Assembly: GCA_045130275.1 (NCBI GenBank)
Contig: JBGUPL010000085.1
Coordinates: forward strand, 114 to 64,113
Reading direction: 5' to 3'
Source: Bacteroidales bacterium
GTDB lineage: Bacteria; Bacteroidota; Bacteroidia; Bacteroidales; WCHB1-69
DNA: 64,000 nucleotides
The translations under genes and the position numbers were made by a program. Numbering within the stretch: position 1 is the first letter of the stretch; each line of letters starts with the position of its first letter. Below, piece by piece: positions 18,899 to 26,580 of this stretch. The notes below the pieces were generated by a model, which made no database searches, had not been told where the DNA came from, and was given only the letters and a program-made list of their open reading frames with translations.

Positions 18899-19642
18899 CT
18901 ACCCTTTCAAACTCCTCGTTCCTTTGCACTCCGGATAACTGCTGCAGCTCCAGAATTCGTTTCCTGCGTTTAATCCCCTCTTGGCAACTCGCTTGATCAT
19001 GGGCTTTCCGCATTTCGGGCATTTCGGTGCGTCCGCTTGGGCGCTTTGCGCCGCGCGGTAGGCAAGCCGGTCGGCGGTGAGGGCCTCTGAAAAGCCACCT
19101 TCCTCTTTGAAAGTGTCCAGCTGGTTGCTCAACTGCTTGCCCAGCATCATGATCAGGCGGTTGCAAAGGACCAGCAGGCAGTTGGCCTCCACGGTGGAGT
19201 CTCCGGAGCGAAGCCACCCGTCGAATTTCCTTTTCTGCCGCAGGATGTGGATGCTGCTCAGATGCTGCACATCGTCCTTATAGGCGGGCGGGTCGAGTTG
19301 GACAGCCGTGACAGCCCGATGTTCCTCCGAATATACCGACCACGGCACATTCTCCCCGTGCAGTAGCCAATTCAGGTAATCGTTGGCGAGCTCGGCGAGG
19401 CTGGCGCGCGCCACATCGGTGAGCCGCATCTCCGTCTCCTTGGAGGTGGAGCGGCGGGAGCTTCCCTCCGCGATGTTGGCGGGCACCGACCGCGCCGCCT
19501 GCGTCATCTGGTCGTACTGACGGCCGCACGGATCGTTTTTGCGGTTGAGATAGCGCACACAGAAATCCTGCGTGGCCAGCTGAATCACATTCGCTAACAC
19601 CCAAGTGTCTAACCAATAATAGCCGAATCTTCTTATTTCCAT
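18899..19642 (-). CDS. four-helix-bundle (23S rRNA IVS / Avd-like) protein with extension domain and C-terminal topoisomerase-type C4 zinc ribbon
   Basis: NIAEG hallmark (SVPANIAEGSSRRSTSKE...ARASLAELANDYL). C-terminus CPKCGKPMIKRVAKRGLNAGNEFWSCSSYPECKGT fits CPxCG...FxxCSxYPxC. Confidence 0.7.
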   Translation of the reverse strand: MEIRRFGYYWLDTWVLANVIQLATQDFCVRYLNRKNDPCGRQYDQMTQAARSVPANIAEGSSRRSTSKETEMRLTDVARASLAELANDYLNWLLHGENVPWSVYSEEHRAVTAVQLDPPAYKDDVQHLSSIHILRQKRKFDGWLRSGDSTVEANCLLVLCNRLIMMLGKQLSNQLDTFKEEGGFSEALTADRLAYRAAQSAQADAPKCPKCGKPMIKRVAKRGLNAGNEFWSCSSYPECKGTRSLKG

Positions 19643-19771
19643 AACTGTTAAAATTTTGTTTAAGGTTTAATAAATAAATCAGGCTGCGAAGATACAACAA
19701 AACGGGGCGGTTGTCAAGGGGAATAGTCAAAAAAATGGAGTGTCGGTTGACAGGGAATATCGCACCACCCC

Positions 19772-19790
19772 ACTGACAAGGATTGTCAGT
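19772..19790. promoter_or_regulatory. perfect inverted repeat ACTGACAA-gga-TTGTCAGT; one of several TGWCARGG sites
   Basis: Read directly. Related direct copies are TTGTCAAGG (19711) and TTGACAGGG (19747). Confidence 0.35.
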
Positions 19791-19834
19791 ACGATTTTCC
19801 GTCCGTATCCGACAAAGGAATGCGAATATTTTTG

Positions 19835-19842
19835 TACTTTTG
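19835..19842 (+). promoter_or_regulatory. -7 box TACTTTTG
   Basis: Exact TAnnTTTG; the nearest downstream start codons are 19958 (small ORF) and 20122. Confidence 0.4.
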
Positions 19843-19957
19843 CCACGTTGCAGGCATCGGGCCAGGAACGGATGGGCGGCTGCATAAAAGTACTGACAGC
19901 AGTGGTTTTTGTCGCAATTGGCATCCCAGCCCAAGCAATCGTTGAGAAATAAAAAAA

Positions 19958-20062
19958 ATGTATATGAAAAAACCATTGATAGTCTTATTATTTTTATCTC
20001 CGATAATGATATTTGGACAAGTACATCGTTATTATTACGAAGTTTCTCCAGATTACTATTGA
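19958..20062 (+). CDS. hypothetical 34-aa peptide with signal-like N-terminus (MYMKKPLIVLLFLSPIMIFGQVHRYYYEVSPDYY)
   Basis: Hand-translated and below the track cutoff. It sits in an AT-rich island downstream of the orphan -7 box. No homology evidence. Confidence 0.25.
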   Translation: MYMKKPLIVLLFLSPIMIFGQVHRYYYEVSPDYY

Positions 20063-20121
20063 TAGATATGTAATCCCCCCTCCAACGACAAAACAGACAC
20101 ACTGCCATTAATAACCTTCTT

Positions 20122-21144
20122 ATGAGCACCATATCTAACATATCCCTCCACCTTGTTGGGAATTCCGGAGCGGCGGAAGGGGTCGTTCTGGCGCAGGAAG
20201 GCCTTCAGCTCTCCGACAGCGTGCGCGAGCTGCTCACCGACTATTTCCTCTCCCCCTTCTCCTCCGAAGAACTCTTCGAACTCTACCACGACAGCGGCAT
20301 CGAGTTCAACGTGGTCTATGGCGCGGCGTCAAGGATCTTCGACGACCCCGAAACACTCCACGAGCAGTCGGTGAACCTCGCCAAACACCTCTACGAGCAG
20401 AGCTCCCACCCGAAAATCAAGGGCGGGGAGTTCTACACGGTCTATTTCCGCGACTGCCTCGTGGACGGCGACACCGTGGATGCCGTCGGACTGTTCAAGT
20501 CGGAGAACAAGGACACGTTCCTGCGGGTGCTGCACGAGGGCGGCAACTTCAACCTCGAAAGCGAGCAGGGCATCAACATCAAGAAACTCGACAAGGGCTG
20601 CCTCATCTTCAACAAGGAGCGCGAGAACGGCTACGTGGTGGCCGTGGTCGATAACACCAACCGCGGCATCGAGGCGCAATACTGGATGGACGACTTCCTG
20701 CACGTGCGTCAGCGCAAGGACGGCTACGCGAACACGCAGAACGCGATGGCCATGGCCAAGAACTTCGTCACCAAGGCACTGCCTGAACAGTTCGAGGTCT
20801 CCAAGGCCGACCAAATCGACCTGCTGAACCGCTCCTTAGAGTTCTTCAAGGAGAACGACACCTTCGAGATGGAGGAGTTCGCCAACGAGGTCATCGAACG
20901 GCCCGAAGTCATCGAGAGCTTCCGCCAATACAAACGAAGCTTCGAGGAGGAGAACGACGTGGTGATTGACGACAGCTTCGACATCTCCGACTACGCCTTC
21001 CGCCGCCAGCAACGCTCCTACAAGCGCGTCATCCGCCTCGACCGCAAGATACAGATCATCATCGATGGCAACCGCGACCACGTGGAACAGGGCGAGGACG
21101 AGCGCGGGAAGTACTACAAGGTATATTATAGCGAAGAGGAATGA
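20122..21144 (+). CDS. nucleoid-associated protein, NdpA/YejK-like
   Basis: 340 aa. The N-terminal ISLHLVGN... and central region resemble Bacteroidota NdpA-family (PF04245) proteins, from memory. Confidence 0.6.
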   Translation: MSTISNISLHLVGNSGAAEGVVLAQEGLQLSDSVRELLTDYFLSPFSSEELFELYHDSGIEFNVVYGAASRIFDDPETLHEQSVNLAKHLYEQSSHPKIKGGEFYTVYFRDCLVDGDTVDAVGLFKSENKDTFLRVLHEGGNFNLESEQGINIKKLDKGCLIFNKERENGYVVAVVDNTNRGIEAQYWMDDFLHVRQRKDGYANTQNAMAMAKNFVTKALPEQFEVSKADQIDLLNRSLEFFKENDTFEMEEFANEVIERPEVIESFRQYKRSFEEENDVVIDDSFDISDYAFRRQQRSYKRVIRLDRKIQIIIDGNRDHVEQGEDERGKYYKVYYSEEE

Positions 21145-22349
21145 ACATCAACGAATCCACATGGCAGTACATCGCGGCGCACACGGACGACGACGTGTCC
21201 CACCTCGCCCTGCACCCCTCCAAGGACCCGCAGGTCGATATGAGCGTGGCGCTGCAGCAGATCGCCGGGCGACAGAAGGCCAAAGAAAAGCTGCCCAAGT
21301 GGTACGCCACCGAGGGCGTCCTCTACCCCAAGAAGGTCTCCATGGAGCAGTGCTCGTCTTCGCAAACAGCTGAGTACAAGGCATCCCTACTGGAAGGAGA
21401 CTCTTTTGCGGATTTCAGCGGCGGGTTCGGGGTCGATACCGTTGCCCTCGCCCGAAAGTTCGACAAGGGATACTACGTGGAACCGCAGGAGGAACTCTGC
21501 GAACTTTTTCAACACAACTGCAAAGTGCTGGATATCAACAATGTTAATATCGTCAACGGCACAATGGAGGAGAACCTCGCCTCCATCGGAACCGTTAATA
21601 CCATCTACCTCGACCCGTCCCGCCGCGATGTCCATGGACGAAAGGTGGTTGCATTGGAAGACTGCGTTCCCAACCTCCCCGAATGGAAATCCGCCCTGCT
21701 GGAACGTTGTAACACATTGATGGTCAAGCTGTCCCCGATGATCGACATTTTCCAGACATTGCGGGATTTACCGGAGACGTACGCCGTACACGTGGTTGCC
21801 GTGGAGGGGGAATGCAAAGAGGTGGTGTTTTTGTTGACTCGTGGAGACGCGCCATGGCACGTCTCTACAACGGACCCGACCGTCGTTGCCGTGGATATCA
21901 ACAAAAACAAGGCCTTCCACGTTGAAACCACCCTTGACACCGAGCGCACCACCCCACCCCGCATCGCCACGGAATTGGGCACCTATCTCTACGAACCAAA
22001 CGCCGCCGTGATGAAAGCCGGCATCTTCAACGCCATGTCGCAACAGTTCCAAATCGCGAAATTGGCGAAGAACACCAACCTGTTCACCGCCAACGAACTG
22101 CACGAGGATTTCCCGGGCCGCGTCTTCCGCATCGAGGCCGCCCACGAGTTCCACCCACGCAAAACAGCCAAAGAGCTGTCGCACCTTGCCAATGCCAGCA
22201 TCGCCGTGCGCAACTTCCCGCTCTCAGCGGAAGAATTACGTAAAACACTGAAAATCAAAAACGGAAATGCGTGCTATCTGTTCGGATGTACACTAACGGA
22301 TGGTAGGAAATGCGTGGTGGTATGCAAAAAATCTGCTTTTGGCTATTAG
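21141..22349 (+). CDS. class I SAM-dependent methyltransferase with C-terminal THUMP-like domain
   Basis: ATGA overlap with the upstream gene. Rossmann motif FADFSGGFGVDTVAL, 402 aa. Confidence 0.6.
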   Translation: MNINESTWQYIAAHTDDDVSHLALHPSKDPQVDMSVALQQIAGRQKAKEKLPKWYATEGVLYPKKVSMEQCSSSQTAEYKASLLEGDSFADFSGGFGVDTVALARKFDKGYYVEPQEELCELFQHNCKVLDINNVNIVNGTMEENLASIGTVNTIYLDPSRRDVHGRKVVALEDCVPNLPEWKSALLERCNTLMVKLSPMIDIFQTLRDLPETYAVHVVAVEGECKEVVFLLTRGDAPWHVSTTDPTVVAVDINKNKAFHVETTLDTERTTPPRIATELGTYLYEPNAAVMKAGIFNAMSQQFQIAKLAKNTNLFTANELHEDFPGRVFRIEAAHEFHPRKTAKELSHLANASIAVRNFPLSAEELRKTLKIKNGNACYLFGCTLTDGRKCVVVCKKSAFGY

Positions 22350-22364
22350 CTATTAGCTATTGGC
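22342..22364. repeat. heptamer array GCTATTA GCTATTA GCTATTG
   Basis: The stop TAG (22347-22349) of the methyltransferase gene lies across units 1-2. Confidence 0.8.
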
Positions 22365-22386
22365 CTGCTATGGCAAATGTTAGACT

Positions 22387-22402
22387 CCCCCTTTTAAGGG
22401 GG
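22387..22402. terminator. GC hairpin CCCCCTT-tt-AAGGGGG between convergent genes
   Basis: Read directly; probably 5-6 effective bp with a small loop. Confidence 0.45.
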
Positions 22403-22420
22403 CCAGGGGGGATTCAGATC

Positions 22421-22455
22421 ATTCTTAATTCTTAATTCTACATTCATCATTCATA
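22421..22455. repeat. heptamer array ATTCTTA ATTCTTA ATTCTAC ATTCATC ATTCATA
   Basis: Reverse-complement family of the 10204 array. The stop (22425-22427) of the minus-strand gene is inside unit 1, and both genes end ...IKN*. Confidence 0.85.
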
Positions 22456-23201
22456 ATCACCTCCGACATCACCCGGTAAATCTCCCTCAGCCGCTCGTCC
22501 TCCAGCGACTCCATCTGCTTCCGCATCACGTTCTCGTCGCCACGCGCGGCCGGACCCGTCTGAGCCTCCGCCGGGGTCATCTGCGACACCTTCTCGACAG
22601 TCTGGCGCAACAACGGCAACAGGATCTCAAACGGCAATCCTTTCTCTTCCAGCAATTTATACGCAATCTGATACATCGCGTTGCTAAAGTTGCAGGCGAA
22701 GACCGCCGCCACGTGCATCTGCGCGCGCTGCGACTCGGAAACTTCGTAACAAGTCGGTGACAACTCCTGAGCCAATTCCCACATTAGGGGCTTTTGATTT
22801 CCCACAAAGTCTGATTCTAAACAGAGAGGCACTTCCAAGCCACTCATATCCTGCGACTTAGAAAAGGTCTGCAAGGGGTAAATCACCCCGTAACAGTCGG
22901 CATAATCCTTCAGGCACTGACAGGAGACCGTACCCGAAGTCATAAAGGCGATCGGCAGCTTAAACGGCAGCTGCGGCAATATCTCGTCGTAGGCCTTGTC
23001 CACCAATGCGAAGATAAACACCTGGTTATCAGGACTCAAATCCTTGATATTGTCTATGGCTTCCGCACCGCATAGGTCGGCCAAAACGCGGGCGTTCGCC
23101 AACGTGCGGCTATAGACCTGCGTGATCGGGAAGCGCGACGACCCTTGCAGACGCTGCGCCATCCACGTGGCCACATTGCCGGAACCGATCAGCGTAATCA
23201 T
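22425..23201 (-). CDS. Rossmann-fold / DUF2520 domain protein (ProC/F420-oxidoreductase-like)
   Basis: N-terminal MITLIGSGNVATW dinucleotide-binding motif, 258 aa. TGATG 1-nt overlap with the upstream kinase gene. Confidence 0.6.
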   Translation of the reverse strand: MITLIGSGNVATWMAQRLQGSSRFPITQVYSRTLANARVLADLCGAEAIDNIKDLSPDNQVFIFALVDKAYDEILPQLPFKLPIAFMTSGTVSCQCLKDYADCYGVIYPLQTFSKSQDMSGLEVPLCLESDFVGNQKPLMWELAQELSPTCYEVSESQRAQMHVAAVFACNFSNAMYQIAYKLLEEKGLPFEILLPLLRQTVEKVSQMTPAEAQTGPAARGDENVMRKQMESLEDERLREIYRVMSEVIMNDECRIKN

Positions 23202-24877
23202 CAGTAGGTGAATTTACTGCCGCCCAAGAACTCGCGAAGGATGGAGGTGCCAGGAAGGGAGAATTCGGGAATGGTCTTGAAGAACATCAGCAACTTGATC
23301 AGTCGCTGGGCTTCCGCATACTCCGGTGCTGTTTCGGGCACGGCGTACAGGATCGGCAGCGCGAAGGGCTTCAGCACCGACAACTCGAACACCAACGACG
23401 TGTTGATCATCACGTCGGCGTTCTCCTGGAACGGGAAGATGTTCTTCTCCTCGCCGCGACGCACACTCGGCCAACGACGTATCGTATCCACCGCCGAATA
23501 ACCGCGGTAGTTGAAGTCACGCACAATTCGGCGTATCAGTCGGTTGTCGGAGGTCGGAATCGGATTCTGGCGGTCCAACGACAGGGATGTCAGTGCAGAA
23601 ACGAAGATCTTGAATTTCACATCGTCAGGCACTTGGGCGGTCAGTTCGGGATTCAGACAGTGGATGCCCTCGATGACGAGGATGGAATTCTTGCGCAACT
23701 GCAACGTGTTGCCGTTCCACTCCTTCTTGCCCAACGCGAAGTTGAAAGTGGGGATTTCCACCTGTTCGCCCGCCAGCAGCCGTTTCAGCGTGTTGTTGAA
23801 GAGCGGCAGGTCGATGGCGTGCAGGTCCTCGAAATCGAACTCCCCGTTCTCATCCTTCGGGGTGTCGTCACGTTCCACGAAGAAATCATCGACGGAAATC
23901 TGCACCGGATGGTAGCCTAACACGGCCAGCTGCACCGACAATCTGCGACAGGAGGTGGTCTTCCCGGAACTCGACGGTCCACTGATCAGCACCATCTTCA
24001 CATTGCCGTTTTGATAGATCATGTCGGCCACCCGCGCCAAATGTTTCTCCTGATAGGCCTCGGCCACCAAAACACCGGCTTGGACCATCTGTTTGGCATT
24101 CGAGTATTTGTTCAAGTCGGACACATAAGGCACCCCCATGGAGGCCACCCATTGTTTGTCCATCTTATAGACAGAGAACAGCTTGGGGTACAAGCGGGTT
24201 TTGGCCATCGCATTGATGTTTTTCTTGGAAGGCAGCTTCAGCAACAGTCCCTCCTCGTATTTCTCCAGCCCGAAGGTCGTCAGACAGCCCGTGGAAGGCA
24301 CCAAGAAACCGTAATAGTAGTTGATGCTATCGTCCAAATGATAGACGGAAGTGTAGATCCGGCTGCGGTTCTTGAAGAACTCGTACTTGTCCTCCAACCC
24401 GTGTTCCTGAAACGCTTTGATGGCGTCGGAGGTGAGCATCTCCTCGTGCACGAACGGCAGATCACGCTGCACCGTGTCTTTCATGAAGAGATACAACTTG
24501 CTCACCAACTGCTCCGTGATCGGGCCGTCCAAGTTCTCCAACGTGCAGTAACGGCCGCCGGAAATGGAGTGCTTGATGTGCAGCTTCACCTCTCTAGGCA
24601 GCAGCTTGTCAACCGCATGGAACAGCAGGAAGAACAGCGAGCGCATGTAGCCGTTGCGCCCGTAAGAGCTGTAATAGTCAAAGAATTGGATCTGCGCGGG
24701 CTTGGTGATGCGGAACGACATGTCGCGTTCCTTGTTGTTGACCAGCGCCCCGAGAAACGGGATTTCGGTGTTGTTTTTCACCTTGAGAAGCTCAACGAAC
24801 TCCTGCAGGGTGATGCCACAAGGGACTTCAACCTTTGTGTCTATGTTTTTGCAATATACGGGGATCTTATTGTCCAT
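23201..24877 (-). CDS. uridine-kinase-family nucleoside kinase with N-terminal TGS-like extension
   Basis: P-loop ISGPSSSGKTTSCRRL, a Udk-like C-terminal half and a long N-terminal domain, 558 aa. Confidence 0.65.
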   Translation of the reverse strand: MDNKIPVYCKNIDTKVEVPCGITLQEFVELLKVKNNTEIPFLGALVNNKERDMSFRITKPAQIQFFDYYSSYGRNGYMRSLFFLLFHAVDKLLPREVKLHIKHSISGGRYCTLENLDGPITEQLVSKLYLFMKDTVQRDLPFVHEEMLTSDAIKAFQEHGLEDKYEFFKNRSRIYTSVYHLDDSINYYYGFLVPSTGCLTTFGLEKYEEGLLLKLPSKKNINAMAKTRLYPKLFSVYKMDKQWVASMGVPYVSDLNKYSNAKQMVQAGVLVAEAYQEKHLARVADMIYQNGNVKMVLISGPSSSGKTTSCRRLSVQLAVLGYHPVQISVDDFFVERDDTPKDENGEFDFEDLHAIDLPLFNNTLKRLLAGEQVEIPTFNFALGKKEWNGNTLQLRKNSILVIEGIHCLNPELTAQVPDDVKFKIFVSALTSLSLDRQNPIPTSDNRLIRRIVRDFNYRGYSAVDTIRRWPSVRRGEEKNIFPFQENADVMINTSLVFELSVLKPFALPILYAVPETAPEYAEAQRLIKLLMFFKTIPEFSLPGTSILREFLGGSKFTY

Positions 24878-24899
24878 TTTCTCTGTGATTTTAAGAAAG

Positions 24900-24907
24900 C
24901 AAAAATA
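24900..24907 (-). promoter_or_regulatory. -7 box TATTTTTG (minus strand)
   Basis: The plus strand reads CAAAAATA; 22 nt upstream of ATG 24877. Confidence 0.45.
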
Positions 24908-25035
24908 CGATTTTTTTTATTGCGTAAACCGATACGAGAACCATTTTTCAGGTCTTACACATCATTTTTTTATTTTGGGCGAGCCGGCGCGGCAACCACC
25001 ATTACCATTACTGTCCCGAACTCCCCCTCAACAAC

Positions 25036-25057
25036 CTATAACCCATAACCGATAACC
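25036..25057. repeat. 7-8 bp array CTATAACC CATAACC GATAACC
   Basis: Read directly. Same ATAACC/GGTTAT word as the array at 32291..32311. Confidence 0.7.
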
Positions 25058-25090
25058 ATTTGACGCCGCGCCGTCGGGCTTTCCGCTGCA

Positions 25091-25187
25091 ATGTTTTTGG
25101 CATCCATCATCGTAGGGGCGTATGCGATACGCCCCTACGAACACCACATGTACGGGCGTATCGCATACGCCCTCATGCCAAAAACAT
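25091..25187. repeat. composite 97-bp imperfect palindrome holding two inverted REP-like hairpins (BIME-like)
   Basis: Outer arms ATGTTTTTGGCAT (25091-25103) and ATGCCAAAAACAT (25175-25187). Inner hairpins are GTAGGGGCGTAT-gcg-ATACGCCCCTAC (25112-25138) and GGGCGTAT-cgc-ATACGCCC (25154-25172). Confidence 0.85.
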
Positions 25188-25484
25188 TTCCACTTCAATC
25201 CCTCTCGCACGCCCGTCCGACACCTTCCACCCGTTTCGCGGCGAACCGTCCTATCCCCTCGCCCGACACATTCCCCCGCGCCGCGAACAAGGAAACCGCT
25301 CCGAACAGCGAATGCACCATTCCGTTTGGCCACCCTTACTATCGGAAACAACATGCATTACCGACAACCACCGCCATACCGAAAAGGCGATACATTGTCC
25401 GGCCAAACGGAACCTCCGACCCGCAAAGACAAAACGAAACGGAAGACGTGAACCCGCAAGAGCACTAAATATCGGGGAAATCCC

Positions 25485-26321
25485 TTATTTTCTGATCCGC
25501 CACGCTTCCCAGTCAATCTCCGACTCGGCGCGGTTTTCAACATCATCGGGGAGAAGCGGGAAAAAGTCAATGCCCGTGAGGTTTTCCACGTAATCGACGG
25601 TGCGGCAATAATGGTTCAGATTGTGGTGAGTGGGATCGTTGGGACATACGAATCCGACGGCTTTCCACGTGCCGCGCATGTCGCAGAGCACAACCTTGTA
25701 GAAGGAGTCCGGCACGGCGATGCAGTTCTCCCCTATCGTTTCAGGATGCTCCGACACGATGGGGCCGCATACCACATAGACCTTGCCGTAGAAATTGGCC
25801 CAGCCACGCACACGGTTCTCCAAATAGTTCCAGTCACCTTCGTTGAAGGTATGGTTCTGCGGGGCGATATTGCTCAGGTAGAAGCACTCGCGCATGGCGG
25901 TCTGATCCCATTTCATGTCGCCGGCAGGCACCAGATGACCGCGGTCGTAGGAGGTGTTCTTGTAGTCCCACCACTGCGCCGTCGCCCCTTTCACCTGCGG
26001 GTCGGCGTCGAATTTGTTGTAACGCTCCACCGGGCCTTTGGTCTGCTCGCTCGTCAACGAATAGGCCACCCAGTTCGCCAACCGCCACTCTTCGTTGTAA
26101 TCGACCGTATAAGCCTTGTGCTCAATCTGTTGCGAATGCTCTCGCGAACGGGTAAACACCGGGATTTCGAGCGCGCCATCCGGCACCACGGCGGCCGTTT
26201 TCTCCGCACGGGCAAACTCCGCCTGCGCCCCGGATTTTCCTTTCATGGCGAAACCCACAGCCGCCGCCGCAACGGCCAACACCGCCACAATAATCATTAT
26301 CGTTTTCTTATTCATCATCAT
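25485..26321 (-). CDS. secreted DNA/RNA non-specific endonuclease (Endonuclease_NS / NucA family)
   Basis: Signal/TM MMMNKKTIMIIVAVLAVAAAAVGFA; active-site SYDRGHLVPAGDM (DRGH) and NIAPQNHTFNEGDW. Confidence 0.85.
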   Translation of the reverse strand: MMMNKKTIMIIVAVLAVAAAAVGFAMKGKSGAQAEFARAEKTAAVVPDGALEIPVFTRSREHSQQIEHKAYTVDYNEEWRLANWVAYSLTSEQTKGPVERYNKFDADPQVKGATAQWWDYKNTSYDRGHLVPAGDMKWDQTAMRECFYLSNIAPQNHTFNEGDWNYLENRVRGWANFYGKVYVVCGPIVSEHPETIGENCIAVPDSFYKVVLCDMRGTWKAVGFVCPNDPTHHNLNHYCRTVDYVENLTGIDFFPLLPDDVENRAESEIDWEAWRIRK

Positions 26322-26338
26322 TCATCGTTTTTTATCAT

Positions 26339-26459
26339 CCATTCATCGTCCATTCATCGTCCATTCATCGTCCATTTATCATCCATTCATCATCCATTCA
26401 TCGTCCATTCATCGTCCATTTATCGTTCATTCATCGTCCATTCATCACCATTTCATCAT
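26339..26459. repeat. 11 tandem copies of the 11-bp unit CCATTCATCGT (minus strand ACGATGAATGG)
   Basis: Units counted by hand, 121 bp, with variants CCATTTATCAT, CCATTCATCAT, TCATTCATCGT and CCATTCATCAC. A degenerate tail runs to the nuclease ATG (26321). Confidence 0.92.
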
Positions 26460-26467
26460 CCACACCT

Positions 26468-26500
26468 CTACCGAGCTTTTGCCCCTACCGGGGCTGTTCA
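26468..26500. repeat. 33-nt element, copy A (CTACCGAGCTTTTGCCCCTACCGGGGCTGTTCA)
   Basis: 26 of 33 identical to 60546..60578. Contains a GCCCC/GGGGC 5-bp stem. Confidence 0.7.
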
Positions 26501-26539
26501 AGGAACATATTTTTATATTATTACCCCGGCCTACGGCCA

Positions 26540-26560
26540 CCCCTTCTACAACAGAAGGGG
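26540..26560 (-). terminator. hairpin CCCCTTCT-acaac-AGAAGGGG downstream of recX
   Basis: 8-bp GC-rich stem 33 nt past the recX stop, followed on the minus strand by an AT-rich stretch. Confidence 0.45.
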
Positions 26561-26580
26561 AATTAGGATCGCCCGCGACC

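Noticed and set aside
19278-20141. 287-aa minus-strand ORF spanning the 4HB gene N-terminus, the intergenic region and the AT-rich island
   Set aside because: It overlaps a better-supported gene in another frame and crosses promoter motifs. Its composition changes abruptly along its length, which is inconsistent with one coding unit.
24011-25048. 345-aa ORF antisense to the nucleoside kinase gene
   Set aside because: The sense strand has a P-loop kinase with a coherent domain order. The antisense translation is repetitive (L/Q/H/R-rich) and runs into non-coding repeats.
25060-25593. Three overlapping plus-strand ORFs (177, 125 and 109 aa) in all three frames
   Set aside because: The open frames result from T-poor composition. 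The translations are Pro/Arg/Thr-rich nonsense that cross REP palindromes. This is reported as a compositional finding instead.
26339-26459. Possible CRISPR array
   Set aside because: The units are 11 bp and directly tandem with no spacers, and no cas genes are in the window.
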